Notes under the pieces: model-generated | Databases searched by the model: none | The model's input: the letters and a program-made list of their open reading frames with translations, nothing else | What the model was told of the DNA's origin: nothing | Position numbers and translations under genes: made by a program | Shown here: positions 49,604-59,745 of the stretch, one piece after another | Layout: the number at the start of each line of letters is the position of its first letter | Position numbering within the stretch: the stretch's first letter is position 1 | Assembly: GCA_934153675.1 (NCBI GenBank) | Contig: CAKPFG010000002.1 | Location: 107,748 to 171,747 of the forward strand | Direction: 5' to 3' | Length of the DNA: 64,000 bases | Source of the DNA: an uncultured Bacilli bacterium | Lineage (GTDB): Bacteria; Bacillota_I; Bacilli_A; RF39; UBA660

Positions 49604-50914
49604 ATGGATGTAGAAAAATATTTAGTTGACATTTTTTGCAATAACTGTAAAATTGTTGTAGCTGTATCAGGGGGACCTGATTCAATGTATCTTTTACATG
49701 TGTTGCTAAAGGTAAGATTATCTAAAAATATAAAAATAATAGTAGCACATGTAAATCATAATATGCGAAAAGCAAGTGAACTTGAAAAAATGAAAGTTGA
49801 AGAATATTGCAGAAAGAATGATTTAATATTTGAATATTTATCTATTAATAAATATAATCATGATAATTTTCATAGTTATTCTAGAAAAATAAGATATAAA
49901 TTTTTCTTTGATTTAGTAAAAAAATATGATGCTAAATATTTATTAACTGCACATCATGGCGATGATCTTATGGAAACTATATTGATGCGTATAATGCGAG
50001 GTAGTACTGTAAAAGGTTATAAAGGATTTAGTATAGAAAGTGATGAAGGTAGTTTTAAAATATTACGTCCATTAATTTATATGACAAAAGAGCAGATAAA
50101 AAATTATATGGATGTACATCATTTATGGTATGCACTAGATGAATCAAATTTTAAAGATGTTTATACAAGAAATAGGTATAGGAAATATATTTTACCTATT
50201 TTAAAAAATGAGAATAAAAATGCTCATTTAAAATTTCTAGAATTTTCAAAAAAAATAAGTTTAATAAGTAATTTTTTTGATAAATATGTTGATTCGAAAT
50301 ATGGTGAAATTGTTTTTAATAAAAAAATAAATAATGTAGATTTAAAAAAAGAGGATAGGGTTGTTATAAACAGTATTATTTCTAAATACTTTAATGAAAT
50401 TAATAATTTTCCGATAGAAAAAATTGTCGATAAAAATATAGACAATATATATAATTGTATAAACAGTAGTAAACCTAATTGTATTATTGATTTACCTGGT
50501 GGTTTTCAATTTGTTAAATCATATGATTTATCTTATATAAAGAAGAAACAAGAAAAAGTTTTTTATAAATATGAGTTAGTTGACAATTTAAGTATAAAAG
50601 GATATGGTATTTTTAAATATTTAAAAAACTCTAATGAAAATAATAATAATATAATATACTTAAGTAATAGTGATATTAAATTACCTCTTTACGTACGAAA
50701 TAGAAATATTGCTGATTTTATGTATTTAAAAAATTGTGGCAAAAAGAAAATAAAGGATATATTTATTGAATGTAAAATTCCTATTGATCAAAGAGATAAT
50801 TATCCTATTGTTGTAGATAGTGATGACAATATAATTTGGGTTCCGGGACTAAAAAAATCTAAATTTGATAGAAAAAATAGTTTAAAGTATGATATAATAC
50901 TAAAGTACAATTAA
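49604..50914 (+). CDS. tilS: tRNA(Ile)-lysidine synthetase
   Basis: PP-loop VAVSGGPDSMYLL, TAHHGDDLMETILMR, C-terminal TilS domain. No fused or adjacent hpt. Confidence 0.9.
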   Translation: MDVEKYLVDIFCNNCKIVVAVSGGPDSMYLLHVLLKVRLSKNIKIIVAHVNHNMRKASELEKMKVEEYCRKNDLIFEYLSINKYNHDNFHSYSRKIRYKFFFDLVKKYDAKYLLTAHHGDDLMETILMRIMRGSTVKGYKGFSIESDEGSFKILRPLIYMTKEQIKNYMDVHHLWYALDESNFKDVYTRNRYRKYILPILKNENKNAHLKFLEFSKKISLISNFFDKYVDSKYGEIVFNKKINNVDLKKEDRVVINSIISKYFNEINNFPIEKIVDKNIDNIYNCINSSKPNCIIDLPGGFQFVKSYDLSYIKKKQEKVFYKYELVDNLSIKGYGIFKYLKNSNENNNNIIYLSNSDIKLPLYVRNRNIADFMYLKNCGKKKIKDIFIECKIPIDQRDNYPIVVDSDDNIIWVPGLKKSKFDRKNSLKYDIILKYN

Positions 50915-50929
50915 AGAAAGGAAGTTTGT

Positions 50930-52885
50930 ATGAGTAAAAAGACTGTAAAAAAGAGCGTATTTTCATATGTTTTATTAGCGTTATTAATCTTTGGAGTTAT
51001 TTATTTTTTCACTGTACTTAATAAAAAGGTGAATGACTTATCTTATAGTGAACTTATGAGTGCTATGGATAAAAAAGAAATTACTGAAATGACTATTACA
51101 CCAAATAATAATGCTGGTATTTATGAATTAACTGGTAAAATGAAGGATTATAAAGAGAATGAATCATTTAGTTCTTCCGCTCCTCTTTCTGATTCAACAA
51201 TTAAAGAGGTTTATGAAGGTAGAAAAAATTATGGTTTTGATGTAAAGGCTGCATCTGATCCATCATCAAGTCTATTTTGGTCATTTTTATTAAATATTTT
51301 ACCAATTGTTTTGTTGGTGGGAGTGGGTTTTTACTTTATTACAAGACAAATGGGAACTGCAAATAAATCAATGGATTTTGGAAAAAGTAGAGCACGTTTA
51401 ACTAGTGATAAAGATAAAGTTACTTTTAAAGAAGTAGCTGGATTAGAAGAAGAAAAAGAAGAAGTAGCTGAATTGATTGATTTTTTAAAGCAACCAAAAA
51501 AATTTCAAAGTATGGGTGCTAGAATACCGAAAGGTGTATTGTTAGTTGGTCCTCCAGGAACAGGTAAAACATTACTTGCTAAAGCTGTAGCAGGGGAGGC
51601 TAATGTTCCATTTTATTATATTAGTGGATCGGATTTTGTTGAACTTTTTGTAGGTGTAGGTGCCAGTCGTGTTCGTGATATGTTTAAACAAGCTAAACAT
51701 AATGCTCCTTGTTTGATATTTATAGATGAAATAGATGCTGTAGGTCGTCAAAGAGGTGCTGGTTTAGGTGGGGGACACGATGAACGTGAGCAAACTTTAA
51801 ATCAGTTATTAACTGAGATGGATGGTTTTGGAGCTAATGAAGGAATAATTATTATAGCGGCTACTAATAGACCAGATGTACTTGATCCGGCCTTACTTAG
51901 ACCTGGTAGATTTGACAGGCAAATAACAGTTAATTTACCAGATGTAAAGGGTCGTGAGCAAATATTAAAAGTACATGCTAAAGGTAAAAAATTTGCTAAA
52001 AATGTAAATCTTGCTAATATTGCCAAAAGAACTGTTGGTTTTAGTGGCGCCGATTTGGAAAATCTTTTAAACGAGGCAGCTTTGCTTGCAGTAAGACGTG
52101 GTAATGATAAAATTACTATGTCTGAAATTGATGAAGGACATGATCGTGTTATAATGGGACCTGCCAAGAAAAGCAAACAATATACAGAACATGAAAAGAA
52201 AGTAGTTGCATATCATGAAGCAGGACACGCTGTTGTGGGAATAAAACTTGAAGGTGCTAATGAAGTACAAAAGGTTACTATTATTCCACGAGGTGCTGCT
52301 GGTGGATATAATTTGATGTTGCCAAAGGAAGAAACATTTCTTTCAACAAAAAAAGAATTACTTGAAACTATTAGTGGTTTGCTTGGTGGACGTGTTGCTG
52401 AAGAAATAGAATTTAATGAAATCACAACTGGAGCTCATAATGATTTTGAAAAAGCTACAAAAATAGCTCGAGCTATGGTTACGGAATATGGTATGAGTGA
52501 ACTTGGACCAGTTCAATTTGAACATCAAGAATCAAGCGTATTTTTAGGTAGAGACTATAATAAAACACGTAATTTTTCAAGTCAAGTTGCCTTTGAAATA
52601 GATCAGGAACAAAGAAAAATAATTAATGAATGTTATGATGTAACAAAGAAAATAATAAGTGAAAATAGAGATTTATTAGACTTGATTGCTAAAACATTAT
52701 TAAAGTATGAAACGATTACAAAGGAGCAAATAGAATATTTAGTTAAAAATGGTCATATGCCTGATGAGAAAAATTTAGATGACATGTCTTTAGAGCAATT
52801 AAGAGAAATAGCAAAAGAAAAAGAAGTTAAAAATTATAGTAAATTAACTAAAGAAGAATTATTAGATGAATTAAAGGAACTTTGA
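50930..52885 (+). CDS. ftsH: ATP-dependent zinc metalloprotease FtsH (with Rho-N/SAP-like C-terminal tail)
   Basis: Two TM segments, Walker [17 protein letters not shown], zinc site HEAGHAV. The last ~35 aa [33 protein letters not shown] resemble the Rho N-terminal helix-extended-helix motif. Confidence 0.95.
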   Translation: MSKKTVKKSVFSYVLLALLIFGVIYFFTVLNKKVNDLSYSELMSAMDKKEITEMTITPNNNAGIYELTGKMKDYKENESFSSSAPLSDSTIKEVYEGRKNYGFDVKAASDPSSSLFWSFLLNILPIVLLVGVGFYFITRQMGTANKSMDFGKSRARLTSDKDKVTFKEVAGLEEEKEEVAELIDFLKQPKKFQSMGARIPKGVLLVGPPGTGKTLLAKAVAGEANVPFYYISGSDFVELFVGVGASRVRDMFKQAKHNAPCLIFIDEIDAVGRQRGAGLGGGHDEREQTLNQLLTEMDGFGANEGIIIIAATNRPDVLDPALLRPGRFDRQITVNLPDVKGREQILKVHAKGKKFAKNVNLANIAKRTVGFSGADLENLLNEAALLAVRRGNDKITMSEIDEGHDRVIMGPAKKSKQYTEHEKKVVAYHEAGHAVVGIKLEGANEVQKVTIIPRGAAGGYNLMLPKEETFLSTKKELLETISGLLGGRVAEEIEFNEITTGAHNDFEKATKIARAMVTEYGMSELGPVQFEHQESSVFLGRDYNKTRNFSSQVAFEIDQEQRKIINECYDVTKKIISENRDLLDLIAKTLLKYETITKEQIEYLVKNGHMPDEKNLDDMSLEQLREIAKEKEVKNYSKLTKEELLDELKEL

Positions 52886-52900
52886 TAGTTCCTTTTTTTT
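52873..52900 (+). terminator. intrinsic terminator of ftsH
   Basis: AAAGGAACT (52873..52881) pairs with AGTTCCTTT (52887..52895), then T-run. The ftsH stop codon lies in the loop. Confidence 0.8.
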
Positions 52901-52953
52901 GTATCCTGTGTTAAAATTATTATAGATGATGATAAGTAATAAGAAGGTGGATT

Positions 52954-53997
52954 ATGAATAATAAAAGTGAAAATACATTTGTATCTGAAATTGAAGCACG
53001 ATTAAATACAAATACATTGAAGGATGTAAAAAAGTTAAGAGAAAAAAATCATAATAACTATTTTAAAATAGATATAGATTTTTTAAAAGGTGTTGATCAT
53101 AGATATGAAAAAAAATCTAGTTTTATAATAGATAAATATAATGGTATTAATTCTTTTGAACTTTTGAATCAAAGTTTCGATGAAGCTATTAATAGTCAAA
53201 AATTAATTTCTAGTATTAATAATGATGTTAATTTGTTAAAAGATGAGATTAGAAAAGACTTGATGACTGTTATTGATTATGTCGATAATTTAGAAGATAA
53301 AATTAATTTATTTAATATTAATAAAAAATCTTCTCTTGGAATATTAATTTTAAATAAGTATAATTCATATAAGTTATATTCATCAAATTTAGATCTTAAT
53401 AATATTAATTTAGCTATGAAATATCAAACCCAAAGATTAATATATTTAAAGGAAATAAATATGTTATTAGATAATTATAAAAAAACTAATACTAAATTTA
53501 ATAAGGATAACACTAAAATATTTATTAATAATTTGTATGATATTATAAGTGTATATATATATTTACTTACTGATAATGAGTTTCAGTTTACTAAAGAAGC
53601 AATAAAAAAAGTTCTATCTTATGATTTTGATTTTATTGATAAATATTTATATACTTATAAAATAATTCTTATTAAAATATGGAATAATTATGCAAATTAT
53701 TATTTTGTAACAGATTTAGATTTAAATAAAGATAATATATATTTACTTACTTTAAATAATGTGGATTATTATAGTGATAGTGGTTATATATGTGATGTTC
53801 CTAAGGATTTTATTACTTATTTTAATATGAGTAATGATGATATTATAAATTTTAAATTACCAAATAAATTAAAGGAAAAATATGAAATTTCTTTGAAAGG
53901 TTATAATACAAATAATATTAGTTACAAGGCATTATATACTAAGTTATCTAAAATAAATTTTGATAGTTTATTACCTGTTGTATATATCAAAAAATAA
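52954..53997 (+). CDS. hypothetical protein (347 aa, N/K/I/Y/D-rich, no recognisable motif)
   Basis: Long uninterrupted ORF with GAAGGTGG SD. No TM segment or signal, and no motif I can place. Confidence 0.5.
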   Translation: MNNKSENTFVSEIEARLNTNTLKDVKKLREKNHNNYFKIDIDFLKGVDHRYEKKSSFIIDKYNGINSFELLNQSFDEAINSQKLISSINNDVNLLKDEIRKDLMTVIDYVDNLEDKINLFNINKKSSLGILILNKYNSYKLYSSNLDLNNINLAMKYQTQRLIYLKEINMLLDNYKKTNTKFNKDNTKIFINNLYDIISVYIYLLTDNEFQFTKEAIKKVLSYDFDFIDKYLYTYKIILIKIWNNYANYYFVTDLDLNKDNIYLLTLNNVDYYSDSGYICDVPKDFITYFNMSNDDIINFKLPNKLKEKYEISLKGYNTNNISYKALYTKLSKINFDSLLPVVYIKK

Positions 53998-54192
53998 GCT
54001 AGTAAAAATATCAAATTTTTAAATTTAATATTATTTCAGATAGTTATTGCTAGATAATTTAAAAAGTAAAATGAAATATATAGATAATATATAAAATAGT
54101 AGATATACGTTTTTCATTATAGACTAAAAAAATTTGCTATCTAGATGAATTTTTCTATATTATAATTAAAAATTTATTATTTTAAAATAAAA

Positions 54193-54240
54193 CCTGATAA
54201 AAATATCTCTTTTCACTTTGATATTTTTATCAGGCTTTTT
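54193..54240. terminator. bidirectional intrinsic terminator between convergent genes
   Basis: 15-bp perfect stem CCTGATAAAAATATC (54193..54207) / GATATTTTTATCAGG (54220..54234), A-run before and T-run after. Confidence 0.8.
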
Positions 54241-54241
54241 A

Positions 54242-55441
54242 TTATTTTTTTATTAATTTATAAAACTTTTTTATTATTGGTTTGAATACTTTAATTAATT
54301 TATATTTAAATTTATTGATAATTAAATCATATTCACCAGAAAATTCTAGAATAATAGAGTTATATTTAGATTTGAAGATATATAATTGGTCATCTAATGT
54401 TCCACTAATTCCTCCTAAATTGCAATAATCACAGTTGTTATCTATGGAAATCTTTGCTGCTTCAAGGGCAACTCCACCTGATACATTTAATTTGTTTAAA
54501 GATCGGTCATTACCTGCATATAAATATTCACTAACTCTAATTCCGTCATTGTTTGGAACAATTAATAAAGCAGAAGATAGTGTAATAATATTTCCTTTAG
54601 TTTCCTTTAGTTTTTTTACATAGTTAATTTCTTCTTCTTTTCCATTATTATTTTTTAAAAAATTAATATATTTATCTAAATTAACATGCCCAAATATTAG
54701 ATATACTCTATTTTTAAAATTATCAATAATTTTGTTAAAATATTCTTCATTTCGTAGATGTATATTTTTATTTTCCTCTGTACATTTTAAAAGGTGTACA
54801 AATTGTTTAATATCTTTTTTCTCATGACTGTAAGTAAAATATACTCCTCTTTTTTTATGAAAATCCCCTAGATAGTATCTATATTTACTCTTAAATGTTT
54901 TTAATAGTTGTTCATAATTTATTTTTTCATTATTATCATTAATTAATGGTATTGCCATTTGATATCTTGGTTGTAAATTGGCGTGAAGATTTTTACTAAA
55001 TCCTTGATGTATATATCCTAAATTTAAAAGATTATTATGTTTGATGTTATAATTATGTGATAACACATCAAAACTTAAGTTTTTGTTTTTAGTAAATTTT
55101 TCACTGACACAAAAATTTGGGTCAATTTTTACAATATACGCTTTATATTTTTTTGCCAAAATTTTAATATTTTCAGTCATGAATTTTAATAGTTCTTTAT
55201 TTTCAAAGTCTATTAGATATCCTCTTGGAATATAAAACATAGTAAATCCTTTTCTTAATTTTCTTATTAAGATAGAACATGCAGCAACTAGAACTTTTTT
55301 TTCATAAACTCCACATAATATATTATCCCAATTGTTTTTAACAAGGGCCCAAGCTTTTTCTTGCATGAATGATGCATATTTATATTTTTTTATAAATTCA
55401 TTATATTCTTTAATGTTTATATCTTTTTTAAATGTGTACAT
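54242..55441 (-). CDS. FemAB-family peptidoglycan interpeptide-bridge aminoacyltransferase (FemX/MurM-like)
   Basis: MYTFKKDINIKEYNEFIKKYKYASFMQEKAWALVKNNW...FYIPRGYLIDF...KIDPNF fits the FemABX N-terminal pattern. ATG 55441 with GGTGA SD preferred over the track start at 55591. Confidence 0.75.
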   Translation of the reverse strand: MYTFKKDINIKEYNEFIKKYKYASFMQEKAWALVKNNWDNILCGVYEKKVLVAACSILIRKLRKGFTMFYIPRGYLIDFENKELLKFMTENIKILAKKYKAYIVKIDPNFCVSEKFTKNKNLSFDVLSHNYNIKHNNLLNLGYIHQGFSKNLHANLQPRYQMAIPLINDNNEKINYEQLLKTFKSKYRYYLGDFHKKRGVYFTYSHEKKDIKQFVHLLKCTEENKNIHLRNEEYFNKIIDNFKNRVYLIFGHVNLDKYINFLKNNNGKEEEINYVKKLKETKGNIITLSSALLIVPNNDGIRVSEYLYAGNDRSLNKLNVSGGVALEAAKISIDNNCDYCNLGGISGTLDDQLYIFKSKYNSIILEFSGEYDLIINKFKYKLIKVFKPIIKKFYKLIKK

Positions 55442-55535
55442 GAAATCACCATTACTATTATATCTTAAAGTAATTGATTTTACAACTTGTTTAAAAGGAA
55501 AAAAGATAGTATAATTGACTAATAGAGGAGAATTT

Positions 55536-57155
55536 ATGAAAAAAAATACATTTATACAAGGTGCTTTTGTCGCAACAGCTGGAATTATCATTGTTAAATT
55601 AATTGGCCTTTTATATGTTGTCCCATTTAATGCTATAATTGGTGAAAAGGGTGGTGCTTTATATGGATATGCTTATAATATTTATATGTTATTTTTGTCT
55701 ATATCAAGTGCTGGTTTTCCTTTTGCAATTAGTAAATTGACAAGTGAGTATAATGCTTTAGGTTATAAAAGAGCCATTTTAGATACTTATAAAATAGCAA
55801 CCAGAATTATTTTTTTGATATCTTTTGTTATATTCATATTATTATTTTTATTCGCACCTCAAATTGCTCATTTAATAATAGGTTCATCAACAGGTGGAAA
55901 TACTATCTCTGATATTGCTTTTGTAATTAGAATGGTTTCATTTGCTATTTTGATAGTTCCTTTTTTGAGCGTTGCAAAAGGTTTTTTGCAGGGGCATAAG
56001 TATATTTCTCCAACAAGTATTAGTCAAATAATAGAACAAGTAGTTAGGGTTATACTAATATTAGTAGGTAGTTTTTTAGCTTTAAAAGTATTTAATTCTG
56101 ATTTAAAAACGGCGGTTGGTATTGCTGTAAGTGGAGCTTTTTTTGGTGGTCTTGCTGCCTACATATATTTAAAAATAAAAATTAAACAAAATAAACTTTT
56201 AACTATTACTGTAGATGAACATAGGATTTCAACTAAAGAAATAATAAAAAAAATATTTAGTTACTCTATACCATTTATTATTGTTAGTTTAGTTTATAAT
56301 CTATATAATACTGTTGATATGATTTTAGTTTCTAGAACTATGAATGATATATTGCATATGGATGCTAAGGTAATTGAATCTGTAATTAGTGTATTTACCA
56401 CTTGGGGAGTGAAACTTAATAACATATTACTTGCAGTCACAACAGGTTTAACAACAAGTCTTATTCCTAATATAGTAGCAAGTTTTACTAAGGGTAATAT
56501 GAAGGATGTAAATTGTAAATTTAATAAGGCGATGCAATGTGTTATTCTTATTATAGTGCCAGCTACTATTTTTTTGTCCTTGCTTGTACAACCTGTGTGG
56601 ACTTTATTTTATGGTAAAAGTGTGTATGGACCTATCGTTTATAAAATGTTTGTTTTTACTGCTTTATTTGGCGGCTTTCATTCGATTGTTGTAAATACAT
56701 TACAAGGACTTAGTAAATATAGACTTGTTATATCTAGTGTATTATTAGGCCTTATTATTAATACTGTTTTTGATGTTCCATTTATGTTAATATCAAATTA
56801 TTTCGGTTTTAATCCAAGCTATGGTGCTATTATAGCAGCTATGTTTGGATATAGTGTTTCAATAATGATATCATTAAATGTACTTCATAAAAAGTATCAT
56901 TTTGATTTTTCCTCTACACTAACAAAAATTCCTTTATATTTAATATCTAATATAATATTTATTATAACAATATTAATTATGAAAATGTTTATTCCTACTA
57001 ATTTAACAGGTAGACTTATTCAAATACCAATACTTTTAGTATATGGAGTTATTAGTTTTATAATTTATATAATAATAAATTATAAAGCAGGTAACTTAGA
57101 AAATATAATTAATTTAAAGAAAGGAAGAAAAAATGAAAATAGGAATAGCGACTGA
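55536..57155 (+). CDS. MOP-superfamily flippase (MurJ / SpoVB-like polysaccharide biosynthesis protein)
   Basis: ~14 TM segments. N-terminus KNTFIQGAFVATAGIIIVKLIGLLYVVPF...GGALYGYAYNIY is typical of SpoVB/MurJ-type proteins. Divergent from the FemAB gene. Confidence 0.65.
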   Translation: MKKNTFIQGAFVATAGIIIVKLIGLLYVVPFNAIIGEKGGALYGYAYNIYMLFLSISSAGFPFAISKLTSEYNALGYKRAILDTYKIATRIIFLISFVIFILLFLFAPQIAHLIIGSSTGGNTISDIAFVIRMVSFAILIVPFLSVAKGFLQGHKYISPTSISQIIEQVVRVILILVGSFLALKVFNSDLKTAVGIAVSGAFFGGLAAYIYLKIKIKQNKLLTITVDEHRISTKEIIKKIFSYSIPFIIVSLVYNLYNTVDMILVSRTMNDILHMDAKVIESVISVFTTWGVKLNNILLAVTTGLTTSLIPNIVASFTKGNMKDVNCKFNKAMQCVILIIVPATIFLSLLVQPVWTLFYGKSVYGPIVYKMFVFTALFGGFHSIVVNTLQGLSKYRLVISSVLLGLIINTVFDVPFMLISNYFGFNPSYGAIIAAMFGYSVSIMISLNVLHKKYHFDFSSTLTKIPLYLISNIIFIITILIMKMFIPTNLTGRLIQIPILLVYGVISFIIYIIINYKAGNLENIINLKKGRKNENRNSD

Positions 57156-57570
57156 TCATCACGGTGTTTTGTATAAAGAAGAACTGACAAATTTTTTATC
57201 TTCACTAGGGTATAATGTAATAGATTATGGACCATTTTCATCAGATATGGTAGATTATCCTGATTATGCTTTTAAAGTTGGTGAAGCAATTAGAGATAAA
57301 AAAATAGATTATGGAATTTTAATTTGTAATACTGGTATTGGAATGAGTATTGCTGCTAATAAGGTTAAATCTGTAAGATGCGGTCGTGTATGTAATTTAT
57401 ATGATGCAAAGATGACTAGGAGAGATAATGATGCGAATGTTATTGCTTTATCTAGTCAGTTAGATCTTGAAAATGTAAAAGAAATATTGAATGTGTTCTT
57501 TACTACTGATTATGCTAATATAGAAAGATATAATAGAAGAATAGAGAAAATTAATAATTATGAATATTAA
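57133..57570 (+). CDS. rpiB: ribose-5-phosphate isomerase B
   Basis: MKIGIATDHHG..., ILICNTGIGMSIAANK, RpiB/LacAB family length. Confidence 0.9.
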   Translation: MKIGIATDHHGVLYKEELTNFLSSLGYNVIDYGPFSSDMVDYPDYAFKVGEAIRDKKIDYGILICNTGIGMSIAANKVKSVRCGRVCNLYDAKMTRRDNDANVIALSSQLDLENVKEILNVFFTTDYANIERYNRRIEKINNYEY

Positions 57571-57748
57571 GTTAATATTATATATTATAACAGTTCCAAT
57601 TTCTATATTAGCTTTAGACAGTATAAAAATAAATAATATTTTTAAAATAAATCATGTCTTTCAGGCTAGATTATTATATTTATTAATCAGTTTTTCCCTA
57701 GCTTATTTGTTTACAAATTTTTTGTATGATTTTTATTCAATTATATGA
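57560..57748 (+). CDS. DUF1146 (YwzB-like) small membrane protein
   Basis: 62 aa, two TM segments, ...FKINHVFQARLLYLLISFSLAYLFTNFLYDF. Sits just upstream of spoIID; B. subtilis ywzB lies nearby (ywzB-murAA-spoIID). Confidence 0.6.
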   Translation: MNIKLILYIITVPISILALDSIKINNIFKINHVFQARLLYLLISFSLAYLFTNFLYDFYSII

Positions 57749-57783
57749 TAAAGTAGTATGTTTTATATGAAAGGTAGTGTTAC

Positions 57784-58698
57784 ATGAGTATAAAAAAAAT
57801 ACTATTTTTTTCTTTTATAATAATAATTATTCCTTTTGTTATTGTAAACATTTTTATCAAAAATGATGAAATTACATTTAATTATACATCAAATTCTATA
57901 GTACGTGTTTTTAGGGAAAAAACAAAGACTATAGAAAATGTTCCACTTGAACAATATGTTTATGGAGTAGTTTCTTCAGAAATGCCTGCAAATTTTCCGT
58001 TTGAAGCTTTAAAAGCCCAAGCTGTTGCTTCAAGAACATATGTTATGTATCAAATTCAAAAAAATAGAAATAATAAATATGATGTTTATGATTCTGTTAA
58101 TAGTCAGGTATATAACTCTGATTCTCAATTGAAAGAAAAATGGCAGGATAAGTATACTGAGTATAGTAACAAAATTAAAAAGGTAATTTTACAAACTATG
58201 GGACAATATTTAGTTTATGATAATAAAATAATAGAAGCTTTTTTCTTTTCCACAAGTGTAGGATATACTGAAAATAGTGAAGATGTTTTTAGTGAACAAT
58301 TACCGTATTTAAGAAGTGTAGAAAGTAAGTGGGATCAAAAGTCACCTGCTTATAGTGATACTAAATTATTTTCAAAAAATAATTTTTATTCATTACTTGG
58401 TTTAGAATACAGTGATAATTTAACTATTACAAATATAAAAAAAACAAAAACTGGTAGAATAAAAAGTTTAAATATTAATGGTAAAATATTTAATGGTAAG
58501 GATATTAGAACTAAGTTAAATTTAAAATCAACTTTTTTTAATATAATAAATGAAGGCAATGAGGTAAAAATAACTACAAGAGGATATGGGCATGGTGTTG
58601 GAATGAGTCAGTATGGTGCAAATGGCATGGCATTGGCTGGCTTTACCTACGATCAGATTTTAAAATATTATTATACTGGTGTTGAAATAAAAAAATAA
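57784..58698 (+). CDS. spoIID: stage II sporulation protein D (lytic transglycosylase)
   Basis: SpoIID/LytB domain: LEQYVYGVVSSEMPANFPFEALKAQAVASRTY..., GYGHGVGMSQYGANGMA. Confidence 0.85.
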   Translation: MSIKKILFFSFIIIIIPFVIVNIFIKNDEITFNYTSNSIVRVFREKTKTIENVPLEQYVYGVVSSEMPANFPFEALKAQAVASRTYVMYQIQKNRNNKYDVYDSVNSQVYNSDSQLKEKWQDKYTEYSNKIKKVILQTMGQYLVYDNKIIEAFFFSTSVGYTENSEDVFSEQLPYLRSVESKWDQKSPAYSDTKLFSKNNFYSLLGLEYSDNLTITNIKKTKTGRIKSLNINGKIFNGKDIRTKLNLKSTFFNIINEGNEVKITTRGYGHGVGMSQYGANGMALAGFTYDQILKYYYTGVEIKK

Positions 58699-58752
58699 AA
58701 AAGATGTGTATAAAAACAAATAAAGTGTTAAGACTGTAAATGAGGTGATAAA

Positions 58753-59385
58753 ATGACAAGAAGACTTAAGAAACCTGTAATTTACAGTTTATATGCATTG
58801 GCATTTATAATGTTAATTTTGGGTATTTTTTTACTTGAAAAGAGTACTAATAAATTGGATTATAAAAATAAGGATTATCAATATGTATCAAAAACTGGAA
58901 TAGAGAAAGATGTTCCTGTTGTTAATACCAATAATATGCTTATAAAACCATATACAGATAATGATGTTACTATTGTAAAAGATTATTATGATTATAAGGG
59001 TAGTGAAGATGAACAAAAAGAATCTATAATTTATTATGAAGGAACCTATATGCCAAGTAATGGAATATCTTATGGTAAAGATAAAGAGTTTAATGTGATT
59101 TCTATACTTGATGGTAAAGTTACTAAAGTAAAAGAGGATACCACACTTGGGAATATTATTATAATTACTCATGATAATAAAATAGTATCTACTTACGAAA
59201 GTGTTAAAGATATATCTGTAAAAGAGGGAGATACAGTAAAACAGGGTGATGTAATTGCTAAAAGTTCTACTTCTAATATATCTTCTGAGTTAAATAATCA
59301 TTTATATTTTGAATTATCAATTAATGATCAATTAGTAAATCCAGAAGATTATTTTGGAAAATCAATCAATGAAATAGGAGCTTAA
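58753..59385 (+). CDS. membrane-anchored degenerate M23/LytM domain protein, SpoIIQ-like
   Basis: N-terminal TM. LytM fold ...GISYGKDKEFNVISILDGKVTKV...IIITHDNKIVSTYESV...GDVIAKS...NHLYFEL. The HxH zinc motif is H-L-Y here. Lies between spoIID and spoIIID. Confidence 0.55.
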   Translation: MTRRLKKPVIYSLYALAFIMLILGIFLLEKSTNKLDYKNKDYQYVSKTGIEKDVPVVNTNNMLIKPYTDNDVTIVKDYYDYKGSEDEQKESIIYYEGTYMPSNGISYGKDKEFNVISILDGKVTKVKEDTTLGNIIIITHDNKIVSTYESVKDISVKEGDTVKQGDVIAKSSTSNISSELNNHLYFELSINDQLVNPEDYFGKSINEIGA

Positions 59386-59441
59386 GGCTCTTTTTTATGT
59401 ATATTTTATATAATTTTTCATAATTTTTAATAGGTGATATT

Positions 59442-59690
59442 TTGAATGTTATTTCAAAAAGGGTGCTTAATGAGGCAAAATATATATTGAAAACAAAATA
59501 TACTATTAGACAGATAGCAGAAGAGTTTATGGTATCTAAAAGTACGGTGCATGTTGATTTAAATATAAGGTTAAAAAAGTTAGATTATTCTTTATATCAG
59601 AAAGTCAAACAAATTTTAATTAAACATTTAGAAGAAAGACATATTAGGGGTGGAGAATCTACAAGAAAAAAATATGAAAAATTAACTTAA
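59442..59690 (+). CDS. spoIIID: stage III sporulation protein D
   Basis: 82 aa. HTH TIRQIAEEFMVSKSTVHVDL... and C-terminal basic region. TTG start after AGGTGA. Precedes mbl/mreB as in B. subtilis. Confidence 0.85.
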   Translation: MNVISKRVLNEAKYILKTKYTIRQIAEEFMVSKSTVHVDLNIRLKKLDYSLYQKVKQILIKHLEERHIRGGESTRKKYEKLT

Positions 59691-59745
59691 AATTACAAAA
59701 ATGTATTAATATATGTTATAATTAAAAGTACGATGGGGTGATTTG

